The notes beneath the pieces were generated by a model, which did no database searches, was not told the DNA's origin, and saw nothing but the letters and a program-made list of their open reading frames with translations. A DNA stretch of 63,894 nucleotides, counting the filler, from Octopus bimaculoides (taxonomy: Eukaryota): NCBI RefSeq assembly GCF_001194135.2. It is 10 parts of 8 records of this genome, joined end to end, with 100 filler letters (N's around TTAATTAATTAA, not from the genome) between each part and the next. Parts side by side here need not be neighbours in the genome. Positions count along the whole stretch, not along the records: positions 1 to 22,986 come from NC_068981.1; 9 more parts are not named here. One strand, given 5' to 3'. Every line of letters begins with the position of its first letter. Position 1 is the first letter of the stretch. Positions 1 to 12,800 of this stretch are shown here, one piece after another. A program made the translations under genes and the position numbers.

Positions 1-353
1 AACAGAAAAGACGGGAAAGAACGAGATACTGCAGCAGCCTCGGTTTCAGAGGACCTCAGCTCTTCCATGCCCTGCCAAAACATTTGAGAGACATGCAAGA
101 CATGGATACGGAGGTCTTCAAGACAAAACTTGACACTTTCCTCTCCACGGTACCAGACGAACCAATGGCTCGTAATGAGACGCAGTTTAGGGCAGCTATG
201 TCAAATTCTCTTATACACCAGATGTGCCATCAAAACTCTTGATTGCACCATGTCAGGTGGGGGAGAAGAGCCATGCGAGGAACGTGAAAATCACGGTGGT
301 GCACCAGCATGACCGCAGCCACTTGGCTGAAACACATAAATAAATAAATAAAT
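1..353 (+). mobile_element. 3' part of a retroposon (SINE/LINE) with (TAAA)n tail
   Basis: Ends ggtgcaccagcatgaccgcagcc...gctgaaac plus taaa repeats. The same terminal motif (ggtgctccagcatggccgcag...actgaaa) occurs at 15985-16045 and inverted at about 48260-48305. Confidence 0.55.
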
Positions 354-444
354 ACATATATATATATACATACATATATATTATATATGTATACATATAT
401 ATGTACGTATGTATCTATCTATATATATGTTTATATACAAATGT

Positions 445-492
<48 letters not shown>

Positions 493-496
<4 letters not shown>

Positions 497-823
497 ATAA
501 ACCGGTCTTTTGCCACTGTTGTATCTCTCTTTTGACGACGGTTGTCGCACTGACAGATATTGTTATATTCCGAAGTCGTCGATGAGATGTTTCTATCTGG
601 CTCTGTACAACCCTCAGTTGTACAGTGTTATTATCTTCTAAAAGTTGGATAGTTATCATGTCCACTCAATATCACAGTATAATTTACTATATCAGCAAAG
701 ACACGACTATCAACATAGTCTACACATACTCTCCTAATCTACGTACTCTCCTATTTATAGTGACCTCTCATATCATTCGTCACGTGGTTAGGGGTGTACC
801 ATTATTACTAATTCCCTATAACA
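493..823 (-). repeat. 3' LTR of the Gypsy element
   Basis: tgttataa...ttttgccactgttgtatct...ttccctataaca, clearly homologous to 2706-2996. Confidence 0.85.
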
Positions 824-1289
824 ACTTCCCTGTGAAGATTTTCTTAGGAAACATCATTTTATTAAGCAATTATATTTTTATTCATCCCACTTGCCTTTTT
901 GAGGGTTTTTTTTTTTCGTTTTCAGTAAGAATTCACACTTCACCTCCACACCAAAGGGAAGCCACTTAAATTTACTGTAAGCCATGGTGTGTGTTAAAAA
1001 TTAACAAATGCAAGAATTTGCGACTAACAAATCGTTCACCCTTGTTGAAAAATTTGTACAAACTCTTCGATTGTCATTCTTTTTTTTCATGTAAACCGTC
1101 GGTGTTGCCAGTCTGTGTGATCATTCTTTTTAATTATAATCAAAACTTTCCCGTCTTTCCTGTTCTTTGCTAACCTGGTCTATTGCTGCAAACATTACAT
1201 TTCTTTTTGTCCTACATACAAGTGTTTCGTGTTCTACTGCAAGTTTTTGTTTCAGTCCTTCGACCTCATTTGAACCTTCAACCGAGGCG

Positions 1290-2601
1290 ACTGTATCTTT
1301 ACACAAAACACTTATGGGTGTATCCCATTAATTAAATAGTTGTATCCACTCTGTGCCAAATAAATTAAGTGAATATTTTAATACATATATCTTAGCCCTT
1401 TTCGTTTGACTTCGAAATGTTACGTTATATACCCATTCACCGATGAAATATAATCTTTTCCCCGTAACACCATGTGCTACCTTTTTTTTAGAGTTAATTA
1501 ATTTCGATTTACCGATTTGTTTCCATGCTTGTTTTCGTTTATAATGGTTATGTTAATAACTGTGTCGAACTTCAATTTTACACTTGTATTTTTAATTTTC
1601 ACATGTACGAATTTTCTGTTCGTTGCATTACCTTTTTGTTTCGATGACAAACTATTTATTTTTCCTTTTGTTCTGACATTTTATCATTTTCGTTCTACAG
1701 AACACCTTAATATACTCTATATTACCACAACGAAAATAGCTTTTTTAAATGAACAATTTTTCCTTAGGTGCATACGATCACATGCAAAACATGGGTTTAG
1801 ATCCTGATGTTTGTCGTGTTTTTTTCAGAAAACATATCTCTGTTCAGACTATTCCACACTGACTTTACGTGGGAAACAGTCTTTACGTTCAATTTACTCT
1901 GTGTCGTGTCTTAATTTAAGTATCCTTTCACATTCTTCAGGTTCTTCTTGCGGGGTTACATCCTAGTTTTGCTACAGCTTTCCAAGAATTCTAGCTCTGA
2001 CTTCTATGTCCTTTTCGGCAGTTAGTCCAGTTGTAAAAATCAGGCATTTCAACATATCTGGAGTTAATTTATCCAGCTTAAACTGTTCGCATTCTCGGTT
2101 TACTCTATCAGCATATGTGATAAAGTATTCGTTATTGTTTTTCTCTATGTTCAAAACTTCAAACGTGTATTGAACTATAAGCTTTTTTTACTGAAAATTT
2201 TGCACAATATATCAATTGTGCCATTAAAGTTTACGTCCGAAGGTTTACTTGGGAGTACAAAATTACTGTATCGTTCATGTTCTGTTGGTGCTAGTTTTCT
2301 CAAGATTAAGCTAGTTTTCATCTCGTCATCCCAACCGTTACATTTATTTTGGAAGATTTGCTCATATCTTCTGTAGTATGCTTCGAAGGCAACGTATTTG
2401 CTTCGTCAAGTTCGTATTTGAATTCAGTCATTAAATTCGTGACATAGTCTGGCTGGAACACTTTTTTTCTGGCTTTTCTGACGACTTGTGTAATTTCAGC
2501 ATCTGTTGTTGCTGTTGCTTCTGTTGTTTCTCTTGCAGTTGTACCTGCTGTTGTTGTTACTGTTTTTGCAATTCGAGGAAGCCTGCCAATAAATTTTCCA
2601 T
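1290..2601 (-). pseudogene. Decayed Gypsy gag and aspartic protease
   Basis: Minus-strand translation gives MENLLAGFLELQ...AFEAYYRRYEQIF...WDDEMKTSLILRKL...YADRVNRECEQFKL...LKCLIF..GL, then VKLKFDT and ...KIYVLKYSLNLFGTEWIQLF. Stops and frameshifts are present. Confidence 0.8.
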
Positions 2602-2691
2602 ACTTTTACGAATTTTCGAAAAGTTCGTACAACAAAGACTGTGAGTTTATTAACTTCTTGGAGATTCTATTAACTCCCCATAAATTAGTTT

Positions 2692-2704
2692 ATCCCCGTC
2701 ACCA
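2692..2704 (-). other. Primer-binding site resembling tRNA-Ser(GCU) PBS
   Basis: Minus strand reads TGGTGACGGGGAT 1 nt inside the LTR, two transitions from TGGCGACGAGGAT, the PBS I recall for Mag-type elements. Confidence 0.65.
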
Positions 2705-2705
2705 C

Positions 2706-2996
2706 TGTTATAAAGTGATCTTTTGCCACTGTTGTATCTGTCTTTTGAAGACAGTTGTCGCTCTGGCAGATATTGTTATATTCCGAAGTCTTCGATAGAA
2801 TGTTTCTATCTGGCACTGTACGACCCCCAGTCGTGTAGTGTTATTACCTTCAAAAGGTTTGATCGTTATAACGTCCGTTCATCAGCACAGACACAACTAT
2901 CAACACAGTCTACACATACTCTCCTATTTATAGTGACTAACTTGTACCACTTGTTATGTGCGAGGGATGTACCATTATTCCTAATTCCCTACAACA
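2706..2996 (-). repeat. 5' LTR of the Gypsy element
   Basis: tgttataaagtgatcttttgccactg...ttccctacaaca. Confidence 0.85.
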
Positions 2997-4596
2997 ATAT
3001 ATATATATATATATACGCGTGATTACACACACAAAAAACACACAAACAAATACGCGCATATATACATACATACATACATATTTATGCACACTAAGGCACT
3101 TATACAATACAATTTGATGATGATGAAAATGATGAGTGCGACGACAGCGGTGATGATGATTCTTAGGTATATACATCGTTATAACGTAGTTGCAATACAA
3201 CATATACATGCAGGCATTTTAAGCATGTAGGCATTTTAAGCAGTATACATTTTTAAAGAATATAAAGTGTATATATATATATAATATATGTAGTTATTTT
3301 ATGTTTTTCGAAAATATAAACGAACGTTCAATATAACTTTTTTTTGCAAGTTGTAAAATGTTTTGTATCTTAATTTATGTGAGTTAAACTGAGCGAATAA
3401 CCCATGAATTTGTGCCTTTATTCGATCGGTTGAGCGTTATATTTGTTCGTCACAGTAAAGAATTTTTACTCTTAAACGCAACAGTCTTTTTTTTTTTCTT
3501 TCTTCAGGTGAAAACGGTTTTACGCTAATTTCCGGGTACTGGATCCAAATCTAGCGTGTCAAGTTTAGTCGCTAATCAGCATAGCGAACAAATGTGAAAT
3601 TTTGCAGTTATTGCATTTGCAAAAACTACCGATGGTTTTCTTCGCTAAAACATTTCCTCTGCAGCAGGACTGTATAAGTGATTAGGCTGCAGTAGTGCGA
3701 CGAAAATTTTTGCATCTCATAGAATAAGTGATAAATGAATTTAACGGATTTTTTTTGTGGTTTATAAATTGCTAAAACCTCAACTTCAGTTGATTTATCC
3801 GACTTTATGTCGGTCTCAGCGAACTTATTTGAAAGCATAAAAAGATGATAAACACACCTAAAAACCAACACTGTGCTGGAGAATCAACTAAAATACATGC
3901 GGAATTATTTAAAGACTATTTATTAAAACAAATATAAACAAATACATTTTTTAATTAGCTTTCTTTCGTGTTACGTCGTTTTTCGAGTTAAGTCGCATGT
4001 CTTAGAACCAATAAGTTGAGGTATGCTTGTATACATGTAAAAAAAAAAAAAAACGCCTCTACAGATGATTGAAATAATTCATTACAAACATATAACATAA
4101 GATAAACATTATGAAGCGAGCGAGTCATGTTTCACGAATTTATAGTATTTACTTGATATGTCAGTTTATACAGGATGATAAAATAGATAAAATAACTGCC
4201 TGTCATGGCTCACAACTACTGCTGGGAATTCTTTGCGTGTTAAGAGTTAATCTTATACTTTCAGCTACATTCTCCTCTTGTATCTAACTACCGTGTTACT
4301 ACCAGACAAGAACTCTCCCAACCGCGGCAAATGTATACGCTCTGACTCGTGACAGTTTTATATGCAGATGATGTGTGCTCTTAATTTCAGAAGGAAACTG
4401 GGCCCGTCTTCTCTAAAGAGTGGTCAAGAATTTACCGCAGGGACTATGAAACGTACCGCCAGGAGAATCTCGCCGTCGTGTTTTTAGCACAACAATAGTG
4501 TAGGAAGAATGTGCTTACATTCTTATTTAATTCACAGAGAGACTTTATAATATTTTAATTTATAGACGTTCTCCTTATTTACACCGTGTTGTGCAA

Positions 4597-4800
4597 TCAC
4601 ACACACACACACACTTTCTCGCACATACATTCTCTCTCATATACGCACACACACGCACGCCACACGCACGCACATACTGTTATGACTCGGTATATATTGT
4701 GTATATTACATATATGTGCGTGCGTGCATGTGTGTGTGTATGGGCATGTGTGTGTGGGCGTGTGTGTATTGGCGCGTGTGTGTGTGTGTGTGTGTGTGTT
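4597..4800. repeat. (CA)n/(TG)n imperfect microsatellites
   Basis: Direct reading. Confidence 0.9.
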
Positions 4801-6624
4801 GATGTATGTGAGGGGGGTCGAGTGCTTGTGTTTGTTATTTTCTTGGTTTTCGTTTATGCTGTTTCACTGGAGGCGCGCACATTCACTCATTCACAGAGAT
4901 AGTGATCAATAGAATAATTATGCTCCGTTGCAATGGTGATCACGGTTTTATTACTGATGCTCCTAAGATATTGCTATAATCAGCATGTCACTCCATCAAA
5001 TATTTACCGTCAACAGATGACAGAATACATCATTTCCTGTAATGTGAAAACCAGTGGGAGGAAGCTGAATTTTAAATTAGAACGCACGTAGAGGTTAGAT
5101 AAAACAAAAGACGGGATTGTCGTTGCTGGTATGCTTCAACAATTACAATAATTTATTTTGTTTATCTTAACCGAGTCAACCTTTTGTGCTACGCGAAATC
5201 ATTCGTTTTGGATTAACGTCAGCTATTGATTTTAGCATTAATGCGCTGTGCATATCAGAGTGTAAAATTACTTAGACTAAAGAACAAGTCTGGGTCTTTG
5301 TGTATTATTCTTTTTTCTCTTGGAACAGACTTCATTTCAAGAAGAGATATGAATCCCTTCACATCAAGAGAGGTATGAAACCGTACACGCCCTTCATTGA
5401 GCCACCTATATTGCCTCAGCGAAGTGTAGTTTTTACCTCAGTTGGTCTAATTATCCGGTGCTTGGAAACCACTGGCAACGCTGCCGATGTTAGATATAGA
5501 GGGTACTAAACAAAAATACTTGCTATCTTTGTTCAGCTATCTATGGACCAACATGGCAGAAGTAAGAAGCTTGTGGTTCTGTTGTTCCAGCTCATATCAG
5601 AAATTTATTTTTGCATACGAATTGTCACCCTTCTTTTGGTTTGATCAAACCCTGTCCCAAAATATTTACTTCCTCCCTATCTAGATATATTCTCAATTAA
5701 TGAAAGGTTTCATACTCGCCATGTTAATATTCACTGCACTACTTAGTGAACTAAGTTTAACATAGTGTAAGCACAAATTCATCAATAATTATTTCAGTTG
5801 TATCACCGATGTTACGAGGAGGTTATAAATGTAACATCCTTTCGTTCAGAGGTGGCTACTGTTTATCATATTCAATGTGTTACACTTTCAATGTTCTATA
5901 CTGAGTAACGTATCTAGTTACTTTCCATTTGTTTAATCCTCGTAAAATAAAAAAAATGGATACGGGATACACATATCAATTAATGCATATAATTAATTAT
6001 TACCTCAAACACACATCTCCATTTAATGTTACAATCATTGATAGTTCTTGAGATTATCTATATAAAGGTACATTAAAGTGTTAACCAGGGCTTAACTCGC
6101 TTTTCTTTTTACTTTTAGAACTTCATCTCTTTTATTGGTTTCAGCTTTTCAGTTACAGTTGCGGTCATATTGGAGCATGTTACAGTATTGATGCTCATAA
6201 TTACATTGTAAATATGATTTATGTTATTCGAATTATTTCTTCCTTACTGTTACCAAAGATATTGGCTTATGCTGGCAAGACACGCAGGAACTATAATTTA
6301 GCGGAAAGGGAAATTCAAAATGCTATTTTCATTTCATTGCTGATGAAATTAACAGTTTAAGCTAAATTATGTGTTTTTGGTCATGGACTGAAATTGGGCC
6401 TGCTAGTAACTTATATCTTGTTATATCACTACATGCTTTTCCTAAGTTGAATCTGATCTAAAATGATATATCATATAAACATACTAGCTAATATTTACTG
6501 CTAGAGTATCATATAATTGCGTGTTCTTCATACCTTTCATGAAATAGTGAAGTTGAATGGCTATAAGCAATACACTATATAACTAAACAAAGAACAAGCT
6601 AACGAAGAAAGTTCTAGACATAGC

Positions 6625-6800
6625 GGCTAAATTTCCTTTAAATTACACCCTACAATCTTTAAAAAGAAGGCCAGTCCATGTTGTGACTATGAAAAAGACG
6701 TAATCATTACCAATAAGGCTATGAAAATATCAATGTTACTATTGCTTTTGATTTTAAGATTGCTTATTCAGAGCTGACTTGGAGCTAAACAGAAGTAACA
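6625..6800 (+). mobile_element. Degenerate SINE-like repeat (family also at 13585-13770, 37380-37560 and inverted at 47505-47800)
   Basis: Shared motifs gctaaat...caccctac...ttgctttgat...gctgacttggagctaaac. Confidence 0.55.
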
Positions 6801-7930
6801 ACTGCTTTACAATTTGTATTAGATTATTGTACAGGCTTGATTTGTAGTTAAGAAATTGCTTCGCAAATATGTAGTATTGGGTGCAATCCAACCTCAGTAT
6901 CTAGGGCAAGTTTCACTTTTTGTAGCCTCGACTCTACCAAATTTCGTAGACAGGGGCTCCGTAGTAGTCAGTCGCAGACTGAGACTTTGTGGCTAGTTTA
7001 ACATGTCTTTAACGGACTCCACTCTAAAGCAAGCATTCAAAAGAGGCCTCTAGTTTGAAGATAAATTCTTCTCAGCAATGCAAAGCCTTTGGAAAGGTCA
7101 TTGGTGCTGGCCTTTTTTCTCTTACTACAGCATAAAAAATCAACTCTATTCATCTACGAATAATAAATCATATTGACTTTAGGGCTGGGCAAAAAGGCGT
7201 ATGGTTTTTATGTCACTTTCAATATAACGAACTGAAAGGTATTGGCGCCAATCGGCTTTGTGGAAAGGTATCTCTAATGCAAGGCGTCTCCCATATTTCG
7301 AATGCATTCATAATGGAAGGCTGCAGCTCAGGGTGTGTCTTGAAATACAACGACAAAAACGTGAGAAATTGAAATTTTCCAGCTCATTTGATGTTACATA
7401 ATAGTGTATGGAGGACACAAAAAGAAAACACAAAAGATTTTAGACGGTAGTTTATGTTTCTGTAATATAACATGTTATACATTTATGTAAAAATAACTTT
7501 TTACAAAGCTTAGAAATTTTTTTTTACATAAACTGTAAACGTGTAGCAAAATGCAACCAGGCGTATTAAGCGCATAAATATAGGAAATCTAAACTACGAT
7601 AAAGACGTTTAGGTCTTACTCAGACATGTAACCTTTTATTATATAAAAATATACAATGATAGTCTGAGTAGATTATAACAAATAATTTCAGTTAAATTTC
7701 TTATTTATAATATGGTATTTGCTACACACATTATCTGAAGAAGAGACCTCGGTGAAATTGTATCCCACTTTATTTTATTTTAGGCGACAATTTGAAAATT
7801 GTTTACTTTTGATAGTTACACTAGGGACGCATAAATTAGTGTTGGAAACAACAAAAGTACTTATATATTTGATATATTTGATCATCATTGCAGTAGTTCC
7901 CAAAGCCGGAGTTCCAGTCTTTCTATGAAC

Positions 7931-8623
7931 GGATCTAGTTCAAAACGGGGGCACCAGTTTTCATTTATGTTTTATGTAGTGTTTTTGGTACCGAAAGACT
8001 TTCAAACTTCGTATACTTATCTATTTTGTGTTATAGAACAGAAAAAAAATGTTTGTATTCGAAGTTATTTCATGTAAAAAATTGTCTTATTTCGATAATT
8101 TCAACCAATCACTGACAAGTATTCAGCTGTTTACAGTTACTCCTTTGGCAGTTTAAGCGGTTCTTTTGGCAGTTTAAGCGGTGTAAAGCGTATTTAATCT
8201 NNNNNNNNNNNNNNNNNNNNNNNNNNNNNNNNNNNNNNNNNNNNNNNNNNNNNNNNNNNNNNNNNNNNNNNNNNNNNNNNTAACCCTTCCTTCAAAAACC
8301 AGGCCTTGTGCCTATAATAGAAAGGTTTATTAGCTACTGCCAATATGCTTCAGCCATTTTTTGACAAGGAAATAATAATTTTATCACCACCAGAATCGTT
8401 TGTTTACGTAGTCAGCACTTACTGTATTCGGCTGAATGGAAGTCAGTCATTGGTTGAAATTACAGAAATACAACAACTTTAACATGAAATAAGTTGCAAT
8501 ATAATAATTTTTCTTAAGAAGACTAAGAGAAAAAGATGTTTTATATGACACATTCTACCAGTGTCCCAAGTTTCAAAGTGTTTCGTTAAGAAAATACTGG
8601 CGCCCCCGTTTTGAACTAGATCC
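7931..8623. mobile_element. MITE with 28-bp TIRs and 8-bp TSD (Merlin-like)
   Basis: TIR ggatctagttcaaaacgggggcaccagt (7931-7958) matches 8596-8623 with 1 mismatch. TSD CTATGAAC at 7923-7930 and 8624-8631. Contains an assembly gap. Confidence 0.9.
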
Positions 8624-9229
8624 CTATGAACTACTAGAGAGTATATGTATACTATACTAGTGTTATAGGCGAGCCTGTATCATTGTTTCAATCCTCTGCT
8701 GTAGTTCTTTCAGCTCAAATGCTTCCTTCAAGAAAGTGTCTCTCAATAAAGCATGAGTATCAAAATTCATCCCCTTCCTATATCTATCTGGAGAAGGCAA
8801 CGTAAGCCTCTTCACCAATAATGCCTCTGTAAATACATGATCGTATCTTAACCAGACATCAGTTCTACTTACTAACTATAGATGAAAATATCTATTTTAA
8901 AATATAACTACTGTCAATTTATTTTATAACAGAAGCTGGTGTTTGTAAGATTCATAAGTAACATAATTGCTGTTAATATATTAATAATAGAAGCTGGTGT
9001 TTGTAACATTCTTAAGTAGCATAATTGGTCTTGGCCAACCTGATATAATTATTTATGAACATCTGGACAAGTTGACTTTGTTACCATCTGTTAACACGAA
9101 TGACACTGGAATATGTGGATGACTTCTGTTAACCCGGTAATATTGTCATTTGCGGTTAACATCTGTCAACTGAGTGATGCTATTGTATATAACTAACATA
9201 TGGTAATTCTGTTCTGATTAAACTACATT

Positions 9230-9365
<136 letters not shown>

Positions 9366-9719
9366 ACATATATTAAAGTTAGTAGTGAAAGTTGTCATTC
9401 ATACACATTCATATATCATAAAACTTCTCTTTCAAAGAAACTATCAACTTATAATTCATAAGTATGTGTTTAAAGATAATCCTACTAATCTGATAAGTAT
9501 TTGCCTTAGAATAGTAATAGGTAAGCAGAATAATAATTGCGACTTGATTTTGCAGCCATTTAACCATTCCTAACGTGTCTGGAAACAATAGATGCCATAG
9601 ATTATTTAGAAATAATAGGCTGAGGTCTTTTTGGAAAATATAGATCGCAAAAATGCATGATATGCATAGTAAAAACAATATTGATAGTTTTCTTTGTTGA
9701 GTTTGTCAGAAGGCTAGGG

Positions 9720-9821
9720 GCTGTGATCAGGAAGCGAAGGGCTGTGACAACTAGCGAGATACTGTACTGGACCAGACCGGTCCAACCTATAACAGCATGG
9801 AGAAAAACGGACGTAAACTGA

Positions 9822-9855
<34 letters not shown>

Positions 9856-9870
9856 GGTGGATGGAGTGGT
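9720..9870 (+). mobile_element. SINE 3' end with (GAT)n tail
   Basis: ccggtccaacc...agcatggagaaaaacggacgtaaactgatgatgat, homologous to the end of 47830-48105. Confidence 0.6.
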
Positions 9871-10049
9871 GATAGTGGTAGAATTTGCATAGACTTAGCA
9901 ACGGAAATACCATAGACGGGAAAAAAAAGAAAAAGAACGAAAAAAGGAACCTGCGATAGATCGGGGCTTGTATTAAAATTTTAAAGTCACATTTTATGTA
10001 AAACCATATCGCATTACTGATCCCAATCAGTTGTTTTGTACATTTCTGT

Positions 10050-10266
10050 GTTTAGCCCCTGTGGGCAATAAAGAAATTGGTATTTCGTCTGCCGTTACGT
10101 TCTGAGTTCAAATTCCGCCGAGATCGACTCTGTCTTTCATCCTTTCGGGATCGATAAATTAAGTACCAATTACGTACTGGGCTCGATATAATCGACTTAA
10201 TCCCTTTATCTGTCCTTGTTTTCCCCCTCTATATTTAGCCCCTTGTGGACAATAAAGAAATAAGAA
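10050..10266 (+). mobile_element. tRNA-derived SINE, dominant family (tail type A), preceded by the tail of another unit
   Basis: Core gttctgagttcaaattccgccgag..gtcgact..gcctttcatcctttcggggtcgataaa..aagtacc and tail ...gggcaataaagaaata. Confidence 0.85.
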
Positions 10267-11009
10267 GGTGATTATTGGTCGTGAGTGAACGTTATTATTG
10301 ATGCCCTTCATGGTGATCTTGGTGTTTATTCTTCCCACGAAACCAGCTTATTTGACGGTGTGTCACATTGGATTTGGGCTTGTGCTTTAGCTTCAACCTT
10401 TATTATAAAGGTCATGCATATAGTATTATATGGCGCCCTGCTTTTCCTTCATATGGTGCCCTTTCTTTTCTTCATATAACGGCCTCCATTACACAATAAA
10501 GTTGGTTTCACGTAATGTCTCAGTCCGGGTTGTCTTCAGTTATTCTTTGGATGGAATAAGAAAAACATCCAAGTCATTCGTTAATTCACTTCACTGAGTT
10601 TTATATAGATGCAGAAAATGTCAAATCCCACATACATAAATAAAATTCCCTTCGCATTCAGCCGCGAGTTTGAGACTCCTATACGCATGTCGCATGTCAC
10701 GAAGGGAAGAATGGGCTGAGCTAGACTGATTATCCAACACACATAAGATAAACTTGATATTTTCGGTGGTTCTTATATGCCATAGCGGATTGTGGGATTC
10801 AAGTTCAATCGTGGATATATCTAAGAATAATCATTTCCTGAAATTGCTTATTATGCCAATTCGCCATGTAAATCCTACTAAATCCGTAAATTAAGTTCGT
10901 CGTTCATCGGCTTCCTTGAAGTAAGATAGCTACGCATGCATTTCATTAGAGAAATGTATATACTATAAAGGCTACTAAAGAATGACTTATCATCATCATC
11001 ATCATTGTT

Positions 11010-11220
11010 AAGGCGGCGAACTGTCAGAATCGTTAGCACGCCGGACGAAATGCTTAGCGACATTTCGTCCGTCTTTATGTTCTGAGTTCAAATTCCACCG
11101 AGGTCGACTTTACTTTTCATCCTTTCGAGGTCGATAAATTAAGTTCTAGTCAAGCACTGGGGTCGATGTAATCGACTTATCCCTTCCCCACAAATTTCAA
11201 GGCCTATAGTAGAAAATATT
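11010..11220 (+). mobile_element. Dominant tRNA-derived SINE, full length (tail type B)
   Basis: Head aaggcggcga.ctg.cagaa.cgttagcacgccgg, B-box-like gagttcaaatt, core resembling the Meta/Sauria SINE conserved domain (recall), tail ...aaggcc...tagtagaaa. Confidence 0.85.
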
Positions 11221-11241
11221 ATTATTATTATTATTATTATT

Positions 11242-11655
11242 CAGTAGTTTTATTTTTATAACGTGCTTTCACTTCACTACCGAGCGCAGCTCTGTGCGCC
11301 TTGGGTATGTGCTGTGGTTTGCTGTGGTGCTCTTATGTTTACTGTATTGAAAGTGTTTTGCGTAGAATGTGTGCAGTACCCAGTAGTGCAATTTTCTGTA
11401 TGTTATATATATTTGTAAGTCCTGGTGTTTTTGTTATGTATTTGTCTGAATATTTTTTTATTATACCTAAGGCACCTACTATGATAGGAATTGTTTCTGT
11501 TTTTAGATTCCACATTCGAGTTATCTCTATTTCCAGGTCTTTGTATTTTGAAAGTTTTTCCATTTCTTTTAGAGAAACGTTGTCATCTGCTGGTATTGAT
11601 ACATCAATTAGAAAGCATTTTTTTTCTTCATGATCTTTGACAACTATATCTGGTC

Positions 11656-11657
<2 letters not shown>
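11242..11657 (-). mobile_element. 5'-truncated R4/Dong-type non-LTR retrotransposon (RLE domain plus 3' UTR) in (TAA)n
   Basis: RPDIVVKDHEEKKCFLIDVSIPADDNVSLKEMEKLSKYKDLEIEITRMW...PIIVGALG...LLGTAHILRK is a PD-(D/E)xK restriction-like endonuclease. (TAA)n flanks both sides. Confidence 0.9.
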
Positions 11658-11690
<33 letters not shown>

Positions 11691-11691
<1 letters not shown>

Positions 11692-12135
11692 GAGAGCAGT
11701 GCATGCCATCAAAGTGACACTGGGATAAAATATAGAATGCTCATTATACTCATCATGACTACCCGTATGGTAAGGGTACACCAGGCAAATGCATCACAAC
11801 CATATGTGCACGACATGGTGATCTCATATCATAATAAACAGTGCATGACCTTGCAGGTGGGAGCCCAGTTAGAATTTTCTTCAGGTCGAGTAGCCCATTC
11901 CGCTTAAAAGGTCCCTGAACGAAACACCCATATTGAACGAAACACTCATGTTTCCAAAGGTAAATTGTCCGCACCCCAAAGAATTCCTCATGTCTATGAT
12001 GCTCCTCACTACTTCTACTCGTGATCAGAGATGCACATATCGTTGGCCACTAATGGACATGCTGAACTGGTTATGGTCAAACAACTAACAAGCAAATTTG
12101 TTGTATCGAGCAGAATATTTGCTGTAGCCCATTTA
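11691..12135 (-). mobile_element. Retroposon 3' region with (TAA)n tail (second copy at 28440-28800)
   Basis: gagagcagtgcatg...ggtcgagtagccca...gatgcacatatcgt is shared with 28440-28800, and both abut (TAA)n. Confidence 0.75.
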
Positions 12136-12214
12136 TTGTTATTATTTGGTTTGATTCAGGTTTGGTCTTATTTCTGGTAGAAGTTATGTGGGTAGCGGTG
12201 TACTACCTGTAATT

Positions 12215-12550
12215 TTAGGTATATGCAAGTAGTCGTTCAAGTCCTTAGAACCCTCCTGATAATCCTCACTGTCCCTTACTATAGGAGCTCTACAGGGCAT
12301 TCTATTCCAATCTCCAGCCATTTGTCTATATCTTTGTTTACTGTTCCCAACGCACCAATTATTATAAGCACGACCTTTACAGTTTTCATACTCCAAATTC
12401 TTCATATTTCAAATTTTGAAGGCTTATATTCTTTTTGTTTTTCGTCCTCTTTCTTTACGATCCTGGAATCAAGCCAGCATGATAAGTCGATAAGTATGCA
12501 ACTTCAGTTTTCCTTATCTATAATTGTATTGCAAAGTATTTACACGTCGC
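12215..12550 (-). mobile_element. Decayed R4/Dong RLE fragment
   Basis: IIDKEN*SCILIDLSCWLDSRIVKKEDEKQKEY...RIWSMKTVKVVLIIIGALGTV...GTVRIIRRVL. Confidence 0.8.
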
Positions 12551-12599
12551 CAGTTATTGTAGTTTCGCCAATTGTTATGACGAAACATTTTTTACACTA

Positions 12600-12800
12600 T
12601 AACCGTGTAGTAACAATAAAATACATAATGAAGCAGTTATTTTCACTGGTAGGACAGCCAATTTTACAGAACAGACTTTTGGGGAGGTCCCATAAGTCAA
12701 ACAACTCCAACCAGTCCGTACTGAACAGATTGATTGCATTTTTTACCACGAAAACTTTTGCTCTACAGGTTTTTCCCTGAAATGTGATATCCCTCCACAT
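12600..12800 (-). mobile_element. Gypsy (Mag-like) protease-region fragment
   Basis: DITFQGKTCRAKVFVVKNAINLFSTDWLELFDLWDLP is homologous to the translation at about 1300-1430. Confidence 0.7.

Larger units (their letters stand above)
493..2996 (-). mobile_element. Internally deleted Gypsy (Mag/K02A2.6-like) LTR retrotransposon inserted in (TA)n
   Basis: Two homologous TG...CA direct repeats (493-823, 2706-2996), a PBS next to the right LTR, short purine tract GGGAAGT next to the left LTR, and decayed gag and protease in between. Flanks read ATATA on both sides (488-492, 2997-3001), which is uninformative inside a microsatellite. Confidence 0.85.
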
